Positions 40,601 through 52,868 of a stretch of DNA of 64,000 nucleotides are shown one piece after another. The DNA lies in NCBI GenBank assembly GCA_002104905.1, contig MCFE01000233.1, positions 57,076 to 121,075 of the forward strand. The letters are read 5' to 3'. A model generated the notes under the pieces. That model was given only the letters and a program-made list of their open reading frames with translations. It made no database searches and was not told the DNA's origin. The translations under genes and the position numbers were made by a program. How positions within the stretch are numbered: position 1 is the stretch's first letter; every line of letters begins with the position of its first letter. This stretch comes from Basidiobolus meristosporus CBS 931.73. Lineage: Eukaryota > Fungi > Basidiobolomycota.

Positions 40601-41889
40601 TTTGAACATGTCGGTCATCTCGTCGTAGACATATCGTGTGCACTGAAACTCAAAATAGCGTCTGCCCAGGGTAGTCTTGCCAATAGCCGAAGTGGACGTG
40701 TGGTAGTCAAAACCAAATCGCTGCTTGACTCTGGTTTCAATGCTGCGTATTTTGTTCAGGAGGCGGTTGTTGTCATCGAGTAGAACAGTAGTGACCAGTT
40801 GTTTTTCGGCTTGGATGTACTCAGCGTGCTTGGCGATGGTCTTAATACGGAAAAAGTTGTTGATGCGATCGCGCACCAAATTCATGGTCAACAGCCATGC
40901 AGTGGCAAAATACCATACACCAACATATATGTTCATCGATAGCACGGAGTCGTAATAAAACATTCCAAACGGAACTCCTGTGATAGCACCGTAGTAGTCG
41001 GCGGTAATGACTGCAAGCCAAATCATCCATCCTACAGCCATGACAATTGTAGAGTAGAAGACCACTCTTCCGAACCAATTTCCACTGTATCCAGTCAAGA
41101 TGAAATCATCCGGGTCTGTCTCGAGGTTGTTGTTTGTGTTGATATCGAGCTTGTCAACTTCAACACTCTTTTTCTCTCCTGACTTCTCTAGGACAGAGTC
41201 CTCTTTTCTAATGGGTTGATAATTTCTCTCCTTGTACCTCTTGTACAGAACCCAACCAGATAACAGCAACCCTTCAAAACCACATATTGCCCAAACCCCA
41301 ATCCACATTGGCTCTTTGTAGGTCATTGCTTTAGTAGATTTGGATATAGGGCAAATTAGCCAAGCCATATCTTCATTGTGGTAATTTTGAAGGATTCCTG
41401 CCCCAGAAATGCCCGCTGCGCTAGAACAAGCCATGGCGGTTTGAGTCTCCAATTGCTTGGGATTGAACTTTGGAATAGTTACAGTTTGCTCTATATTACA
41501 AGGATAGAGTTTTCGACTTGGAGAAGTTGTGCACGAGCACACGCTGACAACACCTGCGCATGATTCGTGGCACTTTCCGTCTTCACAGTATTGCTGACCA
41601 GCCGGGCATGCACGCGGAGCACTTTGTCCTGGGCATAGACTTAATTCGGCAACGCACAGCTTCGGACACTTGACGTCTGGCTTGTCGCGTAAAGGACAGG
41701 TCTCACCGTTTGCGTCCTTATCGTTGACTAGAGAAGTACAAAAAGTTAACCTGGGAAAACTCAAATAGAATCACCGAACTGTGGAGTCTTTTACGTACTT
41801 GCTGTGAAAGGAATAGCAAATACGGAGAGGGGAATTGTTATCAATAGTAGGAAACATAGTAAAGAATATCGCGTCGGTCGGAATTTCAT
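37631..41889 (-). CDS. P5-type P-ATPase with predicted signal peptide and Cys-rich N-terminal domain (intron 41728-41798; 1395 aa)
   Basis: CFDKTGTLT phosphorylation motif, DESSLTGEP, MITGD, FARMKP, MCGDGGNDCGAL, FEFVHARASMSV, TM4 INPLLPAAL. Exon 1 MKFRPTRYSLLCFLLLITIPLSVFAIPFTA joins in frame via gtacgt...ctctag. Confidence 0.9.
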
Positions 41890-44414
41890 CGTAGACCGGG
41901 ATTAAATATGTATGGGAATGATCTAATTGAATATTCAAACCGTTCGAAAGGGGCAAGGCTACTACAAAATTTCAGGGAAGAGTAGGTTGCTGATCGGCCA
42001 GGGAATTTAACTCGACTTGAATAGTTTTGAAACCTTGTCCCCTATTTATATTTCCAGGCGCAAGCCAGTCAGTTACCTCCATATGCTGTAGCCTAATTTA
42101 AACATGCTTTACTATCTGTTATGGTAATTTGATCTATACAAAGAATGAATTGGAGCTTTTAATTTAACTCAACTTGGTACGATTTCAATAGATGAACTAC
42201 AATTTATACATGGGGAATCGGCCAACATGTTGAAAGTCAGCACAGGTGTTACACAGTTAAATCCGATACGTTAGTCACAGATATTCATAGATTATTTTAT
42301 CTAAAGCCAGGAAAGGCCCAAGGAAGGTTCTAGCTGACAAAGATTTATGTTCCGTGTTACATTGTGGCACTCGTCCAAAACATGCTCCGACCATACCGAA
42401 GGCAAATATACGAGAGGTAAATTCGCCGGTATCAACACGTCTCCATCAACACCATGTTTTGCCACTATCATGTCAGCCATTAATCGGCATAAGGGGCCTG
42501 CAATGTTTTCCACGCACATCAGGCTATTCATCAGCACGAAGGCATCTGACCAATCACATGAGGATTCATTGTGATAATCTTGGCCCTTACTGATGCTATC
42601 AACAGTGGGGAAAGCAACAACTTAGAGGCAGTTGATAAGATTGGGGTAAATTGATGTAGATCAACATCGACAGAAGACTACTGCACAAGAAAGGAATCAA
42701 TCGATCAATCAATCAATGAGATCTATCGACTACCTATGTGGAATTGGAACACCGTCGATTGGCTCAGCTCTGTAGACACTTTAGGGGCTTTGGAAGGCTG
42801 AAGCCATTGACAACCGAAACTGAATGCAATTCGCCAGAGATGACTAAACTAAGACAAATTTCGACAGCCACCAACTCTTCCCTCAACAGCAGACAGGTAA
42901 CATTATTCCCAATCCTCGGGGGGTAGACAAACACTAAACCTTGAGATGATGCCGTAAAAAAGGTTATTTTCAAGTAAACTCTGAAGTATGACTAGAATAG
43001 TATTTGGAAAAAATGACAACGTGGTGACACTGAGATGGCAGAAGCCCACCAGATGAGATTCATCAGATTACTCCAATACTCGAAGGATACATTTCTCATG
43101 GGCACACATCCTCTACAATTGTTTTCTCGTGCCCAAACCGCGTAAAACGTCCCATCATTAGAGTTGGGCTGGGGGGATGGGGATTATTTGAGCAATCTGT
43201 GATAATCAATATTAATTGTATATAGAAGTCATGACATTTGGTTGACGTCAGTTAACTGAAGAGCGATAATTGTCCACTATATTGATTGAGTAACACCTGA
43301 CGTACTTATGGACGCTATACCTGCTTTCCAATACGAATCTATAAGCAACTTCAAGATGGGAAGGGTCACTATTAGCCAGCTACCAGTGCGCTTCCATACA
43401 TAGGTTGCGAAAATACGTTGCCGTATATATCTGTATTACTCTAGCTTCATTGCGTGCTGCTTGTGGTGCGGCTCAGGGTCCAGGGCGACCACATTGAGGT
43501 ATCTATTCATTTTCCTAGAATCATAGCTTATTGGTATGCATCGTGAATCCTAATTGGTAGCTGATAGCGTTGAGGTCATTCACCATCGCCCAACTGAAGT
43601 AAGCCTACCAGAGTCATGTGCTGTAGTGGTACTTACCCTACGCACGGTTATATGCGACAATTGGATGAAACTCCAATTGGTTTTTGTACATCAGATAAAC
43701 ACGTCAACAGGAGCATGTATATCCAGGTACAGGTGATTCTTGGAGTATGTCCTTTAGAGTTATTAGGACGAATTGGAATTCAAAAATATACATGATTCGT
43801 ATTCTTGCTGTTGTTCGAGACATCGACACTAACCTGGAGGTCGACTCGTCATTCTGAACCAACTGTTCCGCACAGTTTCATGCTATATACGCTAATTACT
43901 CAAAGAATACTAATGGGCTGTTATTTGGGCGCTAAAGTCGTCAGTATAGGTTGGGGCATGCCAAATAAGCCTACATTACCGTCTTGTGGGTGATGTGGAT
44001 GTGTCAAGGTGTGATCCGTACCATCATACCTGATGGCCCAGGTTATGAGAATGAAATCAAAACCCATCCAATAATACTAGCTTTGAGATAAGCTTTGGTT
44101 TTCACAACTATGAACCTTTTGAATAATTGACATCCCAATCCAGTTTCGTTCCTGTTTATACTTGCCTAAGATGCCAGAGTAGTTAGCAATGGTGCTGTGG
44201 AGATAGTGGATTTTTTCATGGCTCAAGTGCGTACCATTCCCAAGCAGGATTAGAATTAAGAGTGACGCGCGACCATTATGACGTTGGATTGATTTCATCT
44301 GTAGTTCAACGCGGCCTCAAGATTATAAAAGAAATGTAGTGCGGCGAAACTACCAATTAACAAGAACAGCACCTTCATAGCAACCAGAAAAGAAAACAAA
44401 AGTTCGCCTGCACC

Positions 44415-44642
44415 ATGGGAAACAAAATATCAACCGTAAAAACTACCCGTCGCCCACGCAGTAAGCCACGCAAATTGGCCCTTCCCAAAACTAAGAAACA
44501 ACATCGCCGAGGCGCTTTCGGAAGACCGAAGAAGTCAAAAACCACGAGAGCCCCAGCTTCAGTTAAAGTCAAAAGGATGCTCGGGATGAAACCCAAGAAA
44601 CAGGGACCATTGCAAACTGCAAGGCGCAAACTTCGTGTATAA
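44415..44642 (+). CDS. Small Lys/Arg-rich protein (75 aa) with N-myristoylation-type start MGNKIS
   Basis: TATAAAA at 44324-44330, gcaccATGG start context, AATAAA ~45 nt after the stop. The ORF contains no Asp or Glu. Confidence 0.6.
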   Translation: MGNKISTVKTTRRPRSKPRKLALPKTKKQHRRGAFGRPKKSKTTRAPASVKVKRMLGMKPKKQGPLQTARRKLRV

Positions 44643-45098
44643 ATATCCTCTGCATAAATATCACCAGTGTTTATAGTAAGATGTCAATAAATGATCCTAT
44701 ATTCTACGCCCGCACCATTTGGCTCAATCTAGGCCAATTATGCTTATCTCGAGTTCTATCAAGGCTCAGAAGTTAGTTGTTTCGGGACCATACAGTAGAT
44801 AAACTCTGATATGATTGGCCTTTTATGGGAAACACTCTTACTGATATAGACTAAAGTGGAAGGAATAGTCGCATATGCATTCATAGATCAAGTATGCTAC
44901 TGTCCCCTCACCTGCATGGGAATCCAAAACAGGTTTTACTTAATAATTCTCAAACAATTGATATCAACATCTCCTCAATATATTCATTACACATTCTAGA
45001 AATATGGTAAAGTTTGAGGGGAAGTATAAGTTGCAAAGGGTGAGTCTGGATAATTGAGGGGCGTTTTAAAAAGTAGACCATCCCAGCTGTTAGTCCTT

Positions 45099-46094
45099 AT
45101 GTATTGCTACTACTTGATAATATGTCTTTTCATCATCACGGAGGCTCAAACAAGTAACTCATTGAATTTTCCGTTTTGCAAAAAGGAATACTCTCCCAGT
45201 AGAAAGAATTGCCTCCCTTTCAAAAAATATCATAGGAACCCGAAGAACGACCTGTCAAGCAAAAAGCTTGCGAACTGGAAATACGTTGGCTTCCGAAGCC
45301 AAAGAGTTCGGATTCTGGCTGAACAGATAGTCAATGTGTTTGAGCATGGTGAGACTGACTCGAACTATGACGCTTGTGAAGAGTTGATGGACCAAAGGGG
45401 GTATACTTGTGGCAAGGTCGGCTTTACAACCGGTACCAATGATGCCCTATTGGTAATTGAAAGGTATTCGAAGGCTCGAAAGAATAATTTACTTAATAAA
45501 TATCTACCAGAGTTGAGGAGAATATCCAAACTCCCATGGGATGGAAGCGGGGACCGTGGCGATACCTCCAGGTTGAGAGGTTATCCAGAAGCATGGAAGG
45601 CTGCATGCTGCACTGACAATAGATTTCTTAAGGCCCAGGATGAAGTTGAAGAAGAACTCTATTTAACCCCCGCACTGAAACTAGCTCACTGGCATAAAAT
45701 TACTTCGGAACTCGGTAAAGCGATATTCTTTGACACGGCGATACAACATGGCTGGGAAGCGGACGATGGAATTAGTCTCAACTCCATCATACGGCTAACA
45801 GGCCCAAGAAAGAACTTATCTGAGCATGTCTATCTTCAGAAGTTCTTGGACACCCGATGGAAGATGCTTTGCTGTACGCCAGATGACGTATGGCCAGAAT
45901 CTGCAGATAGAACGGCTGATTTAATGAGACTGGTGAAGAGTAAGAGCAATCTTAACCTCGAGAAGGAGGTGAAGTTGAAAATATATGGCCGGGTAGCAAC
46001 TGGAATTCTCCCCAAGAATCCGAAAAATTGCTCGATTCCACTACAATCATTAGTAGACCAAGGCAGCCAGTTGGACAAGTTGGTCTTATCTTGA
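45099..46094 (+). CDS. Secreted GH46 family chitosanase, intronless
   Basis: Hydrophobic leader MYCYYLIICLFIITEA. GH46 catalytic segments IVNVFEHG (Glu) and DQRGYTCGKVGFTTGT (Asp), plus AIFFDTAIQHG and FLDTR. Confidence 0.88.
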   Translation: MYCYYLIICLFIITEAQTSNSLNFPFCKKEYSPSRKNCLPFKKYHRNPKNDLSSKKLANWKYVGFRSQRVRILAEQIVNVFEHGETDSNYDACEELMDQRGYTCGKVGFTTGTNDALLVIERYSKARKNNLLNKYLPELRRISKLPWDGSGDRGDTSRLRGYPEAWKAACCTDNRFLKAQDEVEEELYLTPALKLAHWHKITSELGKAIFFDTAIQHGWEADDGISLNSIIRLTGPRKNLSEHVYLQKFLDTRWKMLCCTPDDVWPESADRTADLMRLVKSKSNLNLEKEVKLKIYGRVATGILPKNPKNCSIPLQSLVDQGSQLDKLVLS

Positions 46095-46686
46095 GTTGTA
46101 CTGCGTATTCAGAATAAACATTGAAATTCGATACAGAGGTGTATTTGCAAATACATAGCGCGGACAAGTGTTGTTCAACTAGGCATTCATCGTGCTCATC
46201 TCTTTGAATGGGTTTAACCTGGTGTATTACCTGAGGAATGGTTCATAGCACTTGATGCATAAATGTGGTTGCAAGAAGCAACGCCATAGATTCAGTCTTT
46301 TGCATCAATGAAAGGCATGGGCTAGAGTACTGCAAACATCTAAAACATACAGGATTCTGCAAGAGCTAGCAAGTTCCCATCTAGTATTGCAAGAACAGTG
46401 CGAATAAGCATGATGACACATGCTGAAATCAACTATGTATCCCATTACAAATTTTCTCAGCCCATGTTATAGTCACATTAAATCGCTAGACTCTACTTTC
46501 AGCAACACCTCCCACCAATACCGAAGCCTCTAGCCATTCTAAAGCTTAGAAGCATTGATAGTTGAGTAATAACACCAATTAGGAATTAGGCGTCTATTCA
46601 TGCCTAGGCTGAGGTGACAAAACAACCAAGCGCCATTGCTTTAGAGGAATGGCTTACATTTATTATTGATTATAGAAGTCCAAGGC

Positions 46687-47203
46687 TTAGTTAACTCCAA
46701 GTAACTCAACTTCGAATAATAAAGTAGCATTGGGTGGGATCAAACCAGGGAAACCACGGTCACCATATGCATAATCTCCGGTGATAGTTAATTTGGCGAC
46801 TTCGCCAACAGACATCTCAGGTACGCCTACAATCATGGGGATTAGGGGAATGCGCGGTATTCTAAGCACCATGAAATTTACCTTCTTCCCAACCACGAAT
46901 AACTTGGCCGACTCCAATCCTGCAGCTGAAAGGCTTGCCACGATCACGAGAGGAGTCGAATTTATCGCCGTTTTCAAGCTGGTAATTGAGGAGTACACAT
47001 TGCAATGTTAGAGCATGTCAAATATGGCATGAACATGTTGAAGTACGTACAGTGCCGACATAATGAATGGTAACTTGATCGCCCTAGATAGCCCGAAGGA
47101 ATTAGCAATATCTCTCAACCATACCAGCAAGATAGTGCACACCTACCTTCTTGGGGAATGTTTTGCCATCTCCAGGCTTAATAACTTCACGTGTGACACC
47201 CAT
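46687..47203 (-). CDS. FPR1: FKBP12 peptidyl-prolyl cis-trans isomerase (three introns)
   Basis: Spliced translation [108 protein letters not shown]. Confidence 0.96.
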
Positions 47204-48042
47204 AATGATATTCAAAGAAGACAAGGAAACGTCAGATATACATTGTAAGAGCCTCAGAGGAATTGCTTTTATAATGAATGTGCGGGTCTGAGGCTCCAGC
47301 CAATCAGTACACCATCCTAGACATGACGTTTCGTGCAAAGATTCCAATTCACAACGTCTGGCAGAGAAGAAATGAGCCAGAGATTACAGCCTATATACTA
47401 CATCAGTCTCGCCGCCACCCCGTTATCAGCGTTCCAATTGGTGAGAACTATTATGCTGATTGCCCTGGCTGATTAACAGCGATTACATAACGTGTCAATC
47501 AATCATTGTTGAAGATAAATTCAAACCATGACTGCCAGATGTTATCCTGGCTAAGATTGCATTATTCTGTCTTGGTTTAACTGCATTGTCAAGCATTGGG
47601 TTTTCACCATGGTTCTCGCGGAAGTTCATGGATTGGCAGAAATTGGGGCCAGAGTTCGAATTTCCCAATGTTTCTGAATCCTTTTCTGCTCAATTTGCCT
47701 GGTCATGGGACCGCCAGGTGGATTAATATGGATTTTGGATCCGCCAATTTCCTTGCATGGTAATTGTTATCAAGGTTTGGTTTAAGAATTTAGCACAAAT
47801 ATACACTGCCCTTCCTCACTATGATCAGGTATCGTGTGACGTAATACCATAAGTATTCCAACCCTCAAAAAAGTAAACACTCAATCAAATTGTGACGAAT
47901 TCGCAATTCTGAGCAGACGTCATTTTAGTGTTTCATGCTAGTGGACCAAAATAGACCACGCTTAATCTCGATCAAGCCAAGCCCAAGGAATGATTATAAA
48001 GAGGTACGGCATCATTGTTTACACCTTTCAAAGCTTTCTACC

Positions 48043-48970
48043 ATGTCTGGTTACCCTCCTAATCAAGGTTATCCCTCTCAAGGCTATCCACCGCCTCCTC
48101 AAGGTGGTCCTCAGCAAAATCAAGGTGGCCAATCCGGCTTTCCAGGTGGCTTCAACTTTCAAGGTCAACCACCCCAAGGCCAACAAAATCCGGGAGCTCC
48201 TTACGGAGGTTCACAGCAAGGTCAAGGCGGCCCTTATGGTGGAGCTCCTCAGGGACAAGGTTCTTATGGTCCTCCTGGTCAAGGTGGCTCTTATGGCCCT
48301 CCACCTGGCGTCGCTGTATGTCCACCGAAGCCAGGTAGCGGTCCCCCACCAGGTGCTGCTGTTTGCCCACCCAAACCAGGTGGTAACCCTCACCAGCCAG
48401 CATTCGATTGGATATATGCTTCCGGCGGGTAATTTGCAATGTTTGGCCTGTTTTAAGTGCAAGTCAGAATTTACTGATAATTTTCCCCATCAGGTCTATC
48501 CCTCCTAATGCTGTCCAAGGTGGCGTCGAAGCGGACGGAAAACCTCTATTCATAGCCAGGTAACTACCAAGAAAGTATATAGCAGTAGGCCTTGTGGTAC
48601 TAATGCATATTTGAAAAGGCAATTCTACCAAGGAGGATTACACATCGGCAAAGCAGCTCCTCACCTCAAGGGAATTGCCATTGGATACGGCGGTAAGGAG
48701 ATTAGCTTGAAGGATTACTATGTGCTCTGCGGGGACGCGCGCCAATTACGCTGGGTTGAATGTCATGGTACATGTAATCCTGATAACTGGAGGCCCATAG
48801 AAGCCGGTCACGAAAATGATGGCAAGCCGCTCTTTATTGCCAAAACTAGGTACGACGGTGGTGAACACATCGGTAAAGTAGGAACACACCTTAAAGGTGG
48901 AATGTGCTTTGGTTATGGTGGTAAGGAAAAAACTACCAAGGACGCCTATTATGTGCTCGCCTATTTGTAG
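48043..48970 (+). CDS. DM9-repeat (DUF3421) protein with Gly/Pro/Gln/Tyr-rich N-terminus (two introns)
   Basis: MSGYPPNQGYP... low-complexity region, then two DM9-like repeats: GGVEADGKPLFIAR..GGLHIGK..YGGKE..YYVL and AGHENDGKPLFIAK..GGEHIGK..YGGKE..YYVL. Confidence 0.88.
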
Positions 48971-49614
48971 AGATAGTACACTTGTGTAAGAAGTGCCCTT
49001 CAACGTGACCATTTATTGTTTGTTTGAATTGTTGATTTTTGCGGAAGATATTAGGGATGCATTTACTAGCACTCGGTTCCAATAAAGCCATTGTATTTTA
49101 AGCATATTGTCCAAAAGATGATATAGTGGAGTATATTGACAAAGTCCAATGTTACTCGAAATTTGTCTCAGGCAGTACAGAATAGAGAATTAATGAGCTT
49201 AAGCACCATTAAATGGCCAATAAATACCAAGTCTGCGATTAAAATCTATTGAGTTTATTGTACAGCGTTGGTAGAAAATAGCTATTTAGCAGAATCAGCA
49301 TGAGGGAGGGGTCTGTGTAAATGACAATTGGGAAGTGTGGCGCTATCTCTGGGGAACTTTAAAATAGAGCAGCGTTCTTCATGGAGTACCGGTAATCAAT
49401 GGATTTTGTTCCCATAGGCGAATGAGATTACTGGTAGTAGGGGCTCATGGCTTGTCAATTCATCTAGGAAAGATGTATATGTGCAGTGTCAGAACCAGAG
49501 GAAGATAAGAGCGATAACAATAGTCATCTCCCATTAGCCTTGATGACAAAACGTTGTTTCAAAGGGAAGAAATGGTGTTTTATAAGCAAATATGAGGCCT
49601 TGTACACTATGTGT

Positions 49615-51267
49615 TCAAGGTGATGCAGGTTCCAGCGGTTCAAACCGAGGAATCGGTGGGAGCTCCACGTCGTGACTAGAGTCGACGGCATTGTTGCCAT
49701 TATTCAGTCGACACCTATCGGTGGTTTCAGCTGACTGGTTGGTATTTTCAGTTGTACGGAAGTTATGACCATTTCCAATACTAAAGTTTTGAAAGATTAG
49801 TTCAATACACCAAGTTTCTATCAGAAATCAACACCTGGTAAATACCTATTAACAATCGGAACTGTGTAGGGACGCAATGGAGCAAGTATAGGGTTAGGGC
49901 ATGACTAGTTTTCCGTAAATAGGAAGCAAGCTTACCGAACCAGAGCCACCAATCTTCACCCATGACAACCTTCCAATTATTCGTCCAGCCAAGATCATAT
50001 ATATTTTGCCTTCTCTCGGTGGATTTGTTGCTCTGTAAGTTCTCAATAGTGGTTTCGTTCCTGAATATCAGCTTCGTATGATATCCAGTCAACACCAGTA
50101 AACATGGGCCAAAGATCACAGCAATTGCAATAAGAATTGCCCATTGAATGTCAATAGAATTGCCGCTCTGTAGGGAGTCCATGGTAAGCAAAAGTAGGAA
50201 GAGAAATCAAGGTGGAGTAATTACTTTGGCTCTGGAGACTAGTGGCGGAATAACTGATGCGATAATGAAAAAACAGAACAACGTGGCATAAAGAATAAAC
50301 AAATAGAAAAGTTTGTAATTTCTCCAGCCTACGCAACGATTGATCCTGCGTGAAAAGTCAGTAAAAGTCACCATGTCACCATATCTAAACGATTCTATTA
50401 CCATGGGCAATGGCTATGTTGTATATAAAAGAAAATCGTAAGCTAAGCTGCTGTAGACGAGTGAATAGAAATGATACTGACTGGTCCATCTTTAGTATAC
50501 ATCTATCACAGGCAGAGCAATGGTGGCATCTTTCTGGCTTCATGACGTTGCAGCTATTGCAATATTTGGCTTTGAAGGATCCTAGTGGTACCATATTCGC
50601 CGGGGCGCTGGGTGGAGGCGAAAGTAGCGGAGGTGTAGGCCGCAGCTCACCTCCAGTTAAAGTTGACTTTACAGCTTCAGGATCATTGCTTTTTTCTGTT
50701 CGTTCGCTAGAAGCCGCTGCATTTGATCGAGTCACAGTTAGGGTGCTCAACCCCTGAGGTTCATCTTTTTCAGATGGTTCTGGCGAATCTGGTTCATTGA
50801 GCCAAGGATTTTGGCTCCGTTCAAAGAGGTTTCTTGAGGCTTGACTTGGATCTTCAAGGGACTAAATGCAAGATGAATTTGTGTTCTCGGTCTCGATATA
50901 TAAAGACTAACTGATTACCATTTTTGGCGAACCGGCATCTTTAAGAAGTACTCTTGCGTATGAGAGTACAAAGAGAAATAGGAATACATGGTAAAGAACG
51001 ATGTAGATCACTATATTCCTTAGTCATGGCGGTGAAGGCAAGATAAAAGCTGTAAAAACAAACCTCCTTGAGCTATCGATCCTTGTTTGATTAGGAAAAC
51101 TATCAAATGAAGAGTCAATTATGCTGTATTGAGCTATATATTTTCATCAAATTTCGCATACTTGACACACGAACTAGATGTACATAATATGTCCAGCCCA
51201 ACAATGCGCACACAAAGGCTATAGGGAAGTAGCCGTACAATGTTGTGAAGAATTCCTTGCCGTTCAT
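49615..51267 (-). CDS. DHHC palmitoyltransferase (Pfa3/ZDHHC2-like), multi-exon
   Basis: [55 protein letters not shown] (TTxE) motif and NIYDLGWTNNWKVVMG. The first exon encodes a TM helix (MNGKEFF...WTYYVHLVRV). Confidence 0.9.
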
Positions 51268-52868
51268 TCGGAATTAGTTTCCAGAAGGGTTGGCCCTGGA
51301 TACTAGGCATTAAAATATGAAGGTTTGGATGAATGGATCAAAGCACAAACCTGTGGTATAATGGGTTGGTAGAGCAAACAGACAAGGGGATCCTCGAATT
51401 GTAGTCAAGGCTGCGACAATTGCTGGTATCTAAAGGTCGGTACTGTTGCAAATTTAAAATCCCCTGGGATAGTAATGAGGTATAAGGACAATTCCGAGAA
51501 AATAAGAAAACAAGTTTCAGAGGTTGCGGAGCTAATAAGGTTATTACAGTAATCAAGCCAGTGAGTTTAGCAACTGAGGGGTAGGCAAATAAGGCTAGAT
51601 ATGCATGAATTGGCATATTTTATGTAATAACCATGCTGTCTTGCAATTTGAATATCAATGGTTCATTACGAAAGAGGCAATGAATGTAACCAAATTGTTT
51701 TTAATAAGCACATAAATATAGGCTGCTGATTGTGAGTGGGTAATCCGAGTTATTCCATCCACGTCGGCAGAAAAGGTGGAGAGATAGCTTGTGCATTTGC
51801 CTTGCATCCATTTTCTCCCCCGCATGGTGGATTGTTCAAACAATGGCTGTACGATACATGATCTTAGTAATTGATTCGTCCAGGCAATCGATATATGAAT
51901 GGGATTGGTTGCTTATGTCATTGCGCCTGAGTAGAAAAGCAAGAGTAGGCCTATTAAGATGCAAATCCAATAGCTAGTATCCTAGAAATTCACGGACAGA
52001 AGGTAATGTAGAAGCATGAAGTCATCATTTAGCCGGCTGCCGAGTCCAATGATGGCTTGATGACATGTCTGTTAAATTGCAATGCCGCTCAACTGTTGGA
52101 TTTGGCTAAGATGATGCTGTTCTAATCATTTGCCTTAGTCCAGCTGAGGCGCCATCTACAAGCCATTAATCACCAGCAGGTTAAAGGATGCATTCCAAGG
52201 TGTGTATACATATGGTGGTGCTGGTACCCTCAGCGGGGCCACCAAGAACAGTGAGGTGCAAGCCACATCAATCAATTCAGTTATTGGTGCAGTTTTTAAA
52301 ACTATTCAGTTTGGCAACGAAGTATGATGGTGCCATCAGTTTGAATTTGCAGCAAATATTGCTAATGAATACCTTCTCTGCCATCTTGCATATTGAAGGC
52401 AAGCATGTTCTCTCAGCCTGCTATGTAACTGCATTGTGGCTTAGCTAGGATAGTGTAATGGACTGCTTAGCCCAATAGTTCTGGAAAATACATGGCTCTC
52501 TGGAATACTAAATAATGGTGAATTCACAAATACATTGGTATTATGGATGGAGGCTGGATTGTTGAAATGCATCATAAATCAGGATAGAGTGGTTAGGAGT
52601 ATTGCTTCCCAATAGAGTTTATGCTCTATTAATATGCTGGGTTGTCACGTCACTATTTACCATTTACGTTCTAGGTTGTATCCTACTGATGTATTTGTAT
52701 TTGGGACTTGTATTAAATTATTTGTGTGTTTAATTATAAATTCATTGAACCCAAGAATTATTCTCCACAAATGAACTTTAACAGAGCAAATATTTGGATT
52801 GCAAATCTGCTTATTTGTTGTTGCAATTTTCTAACTCAATTAACTTGCAAGAGTTTTGGAGATATTGG

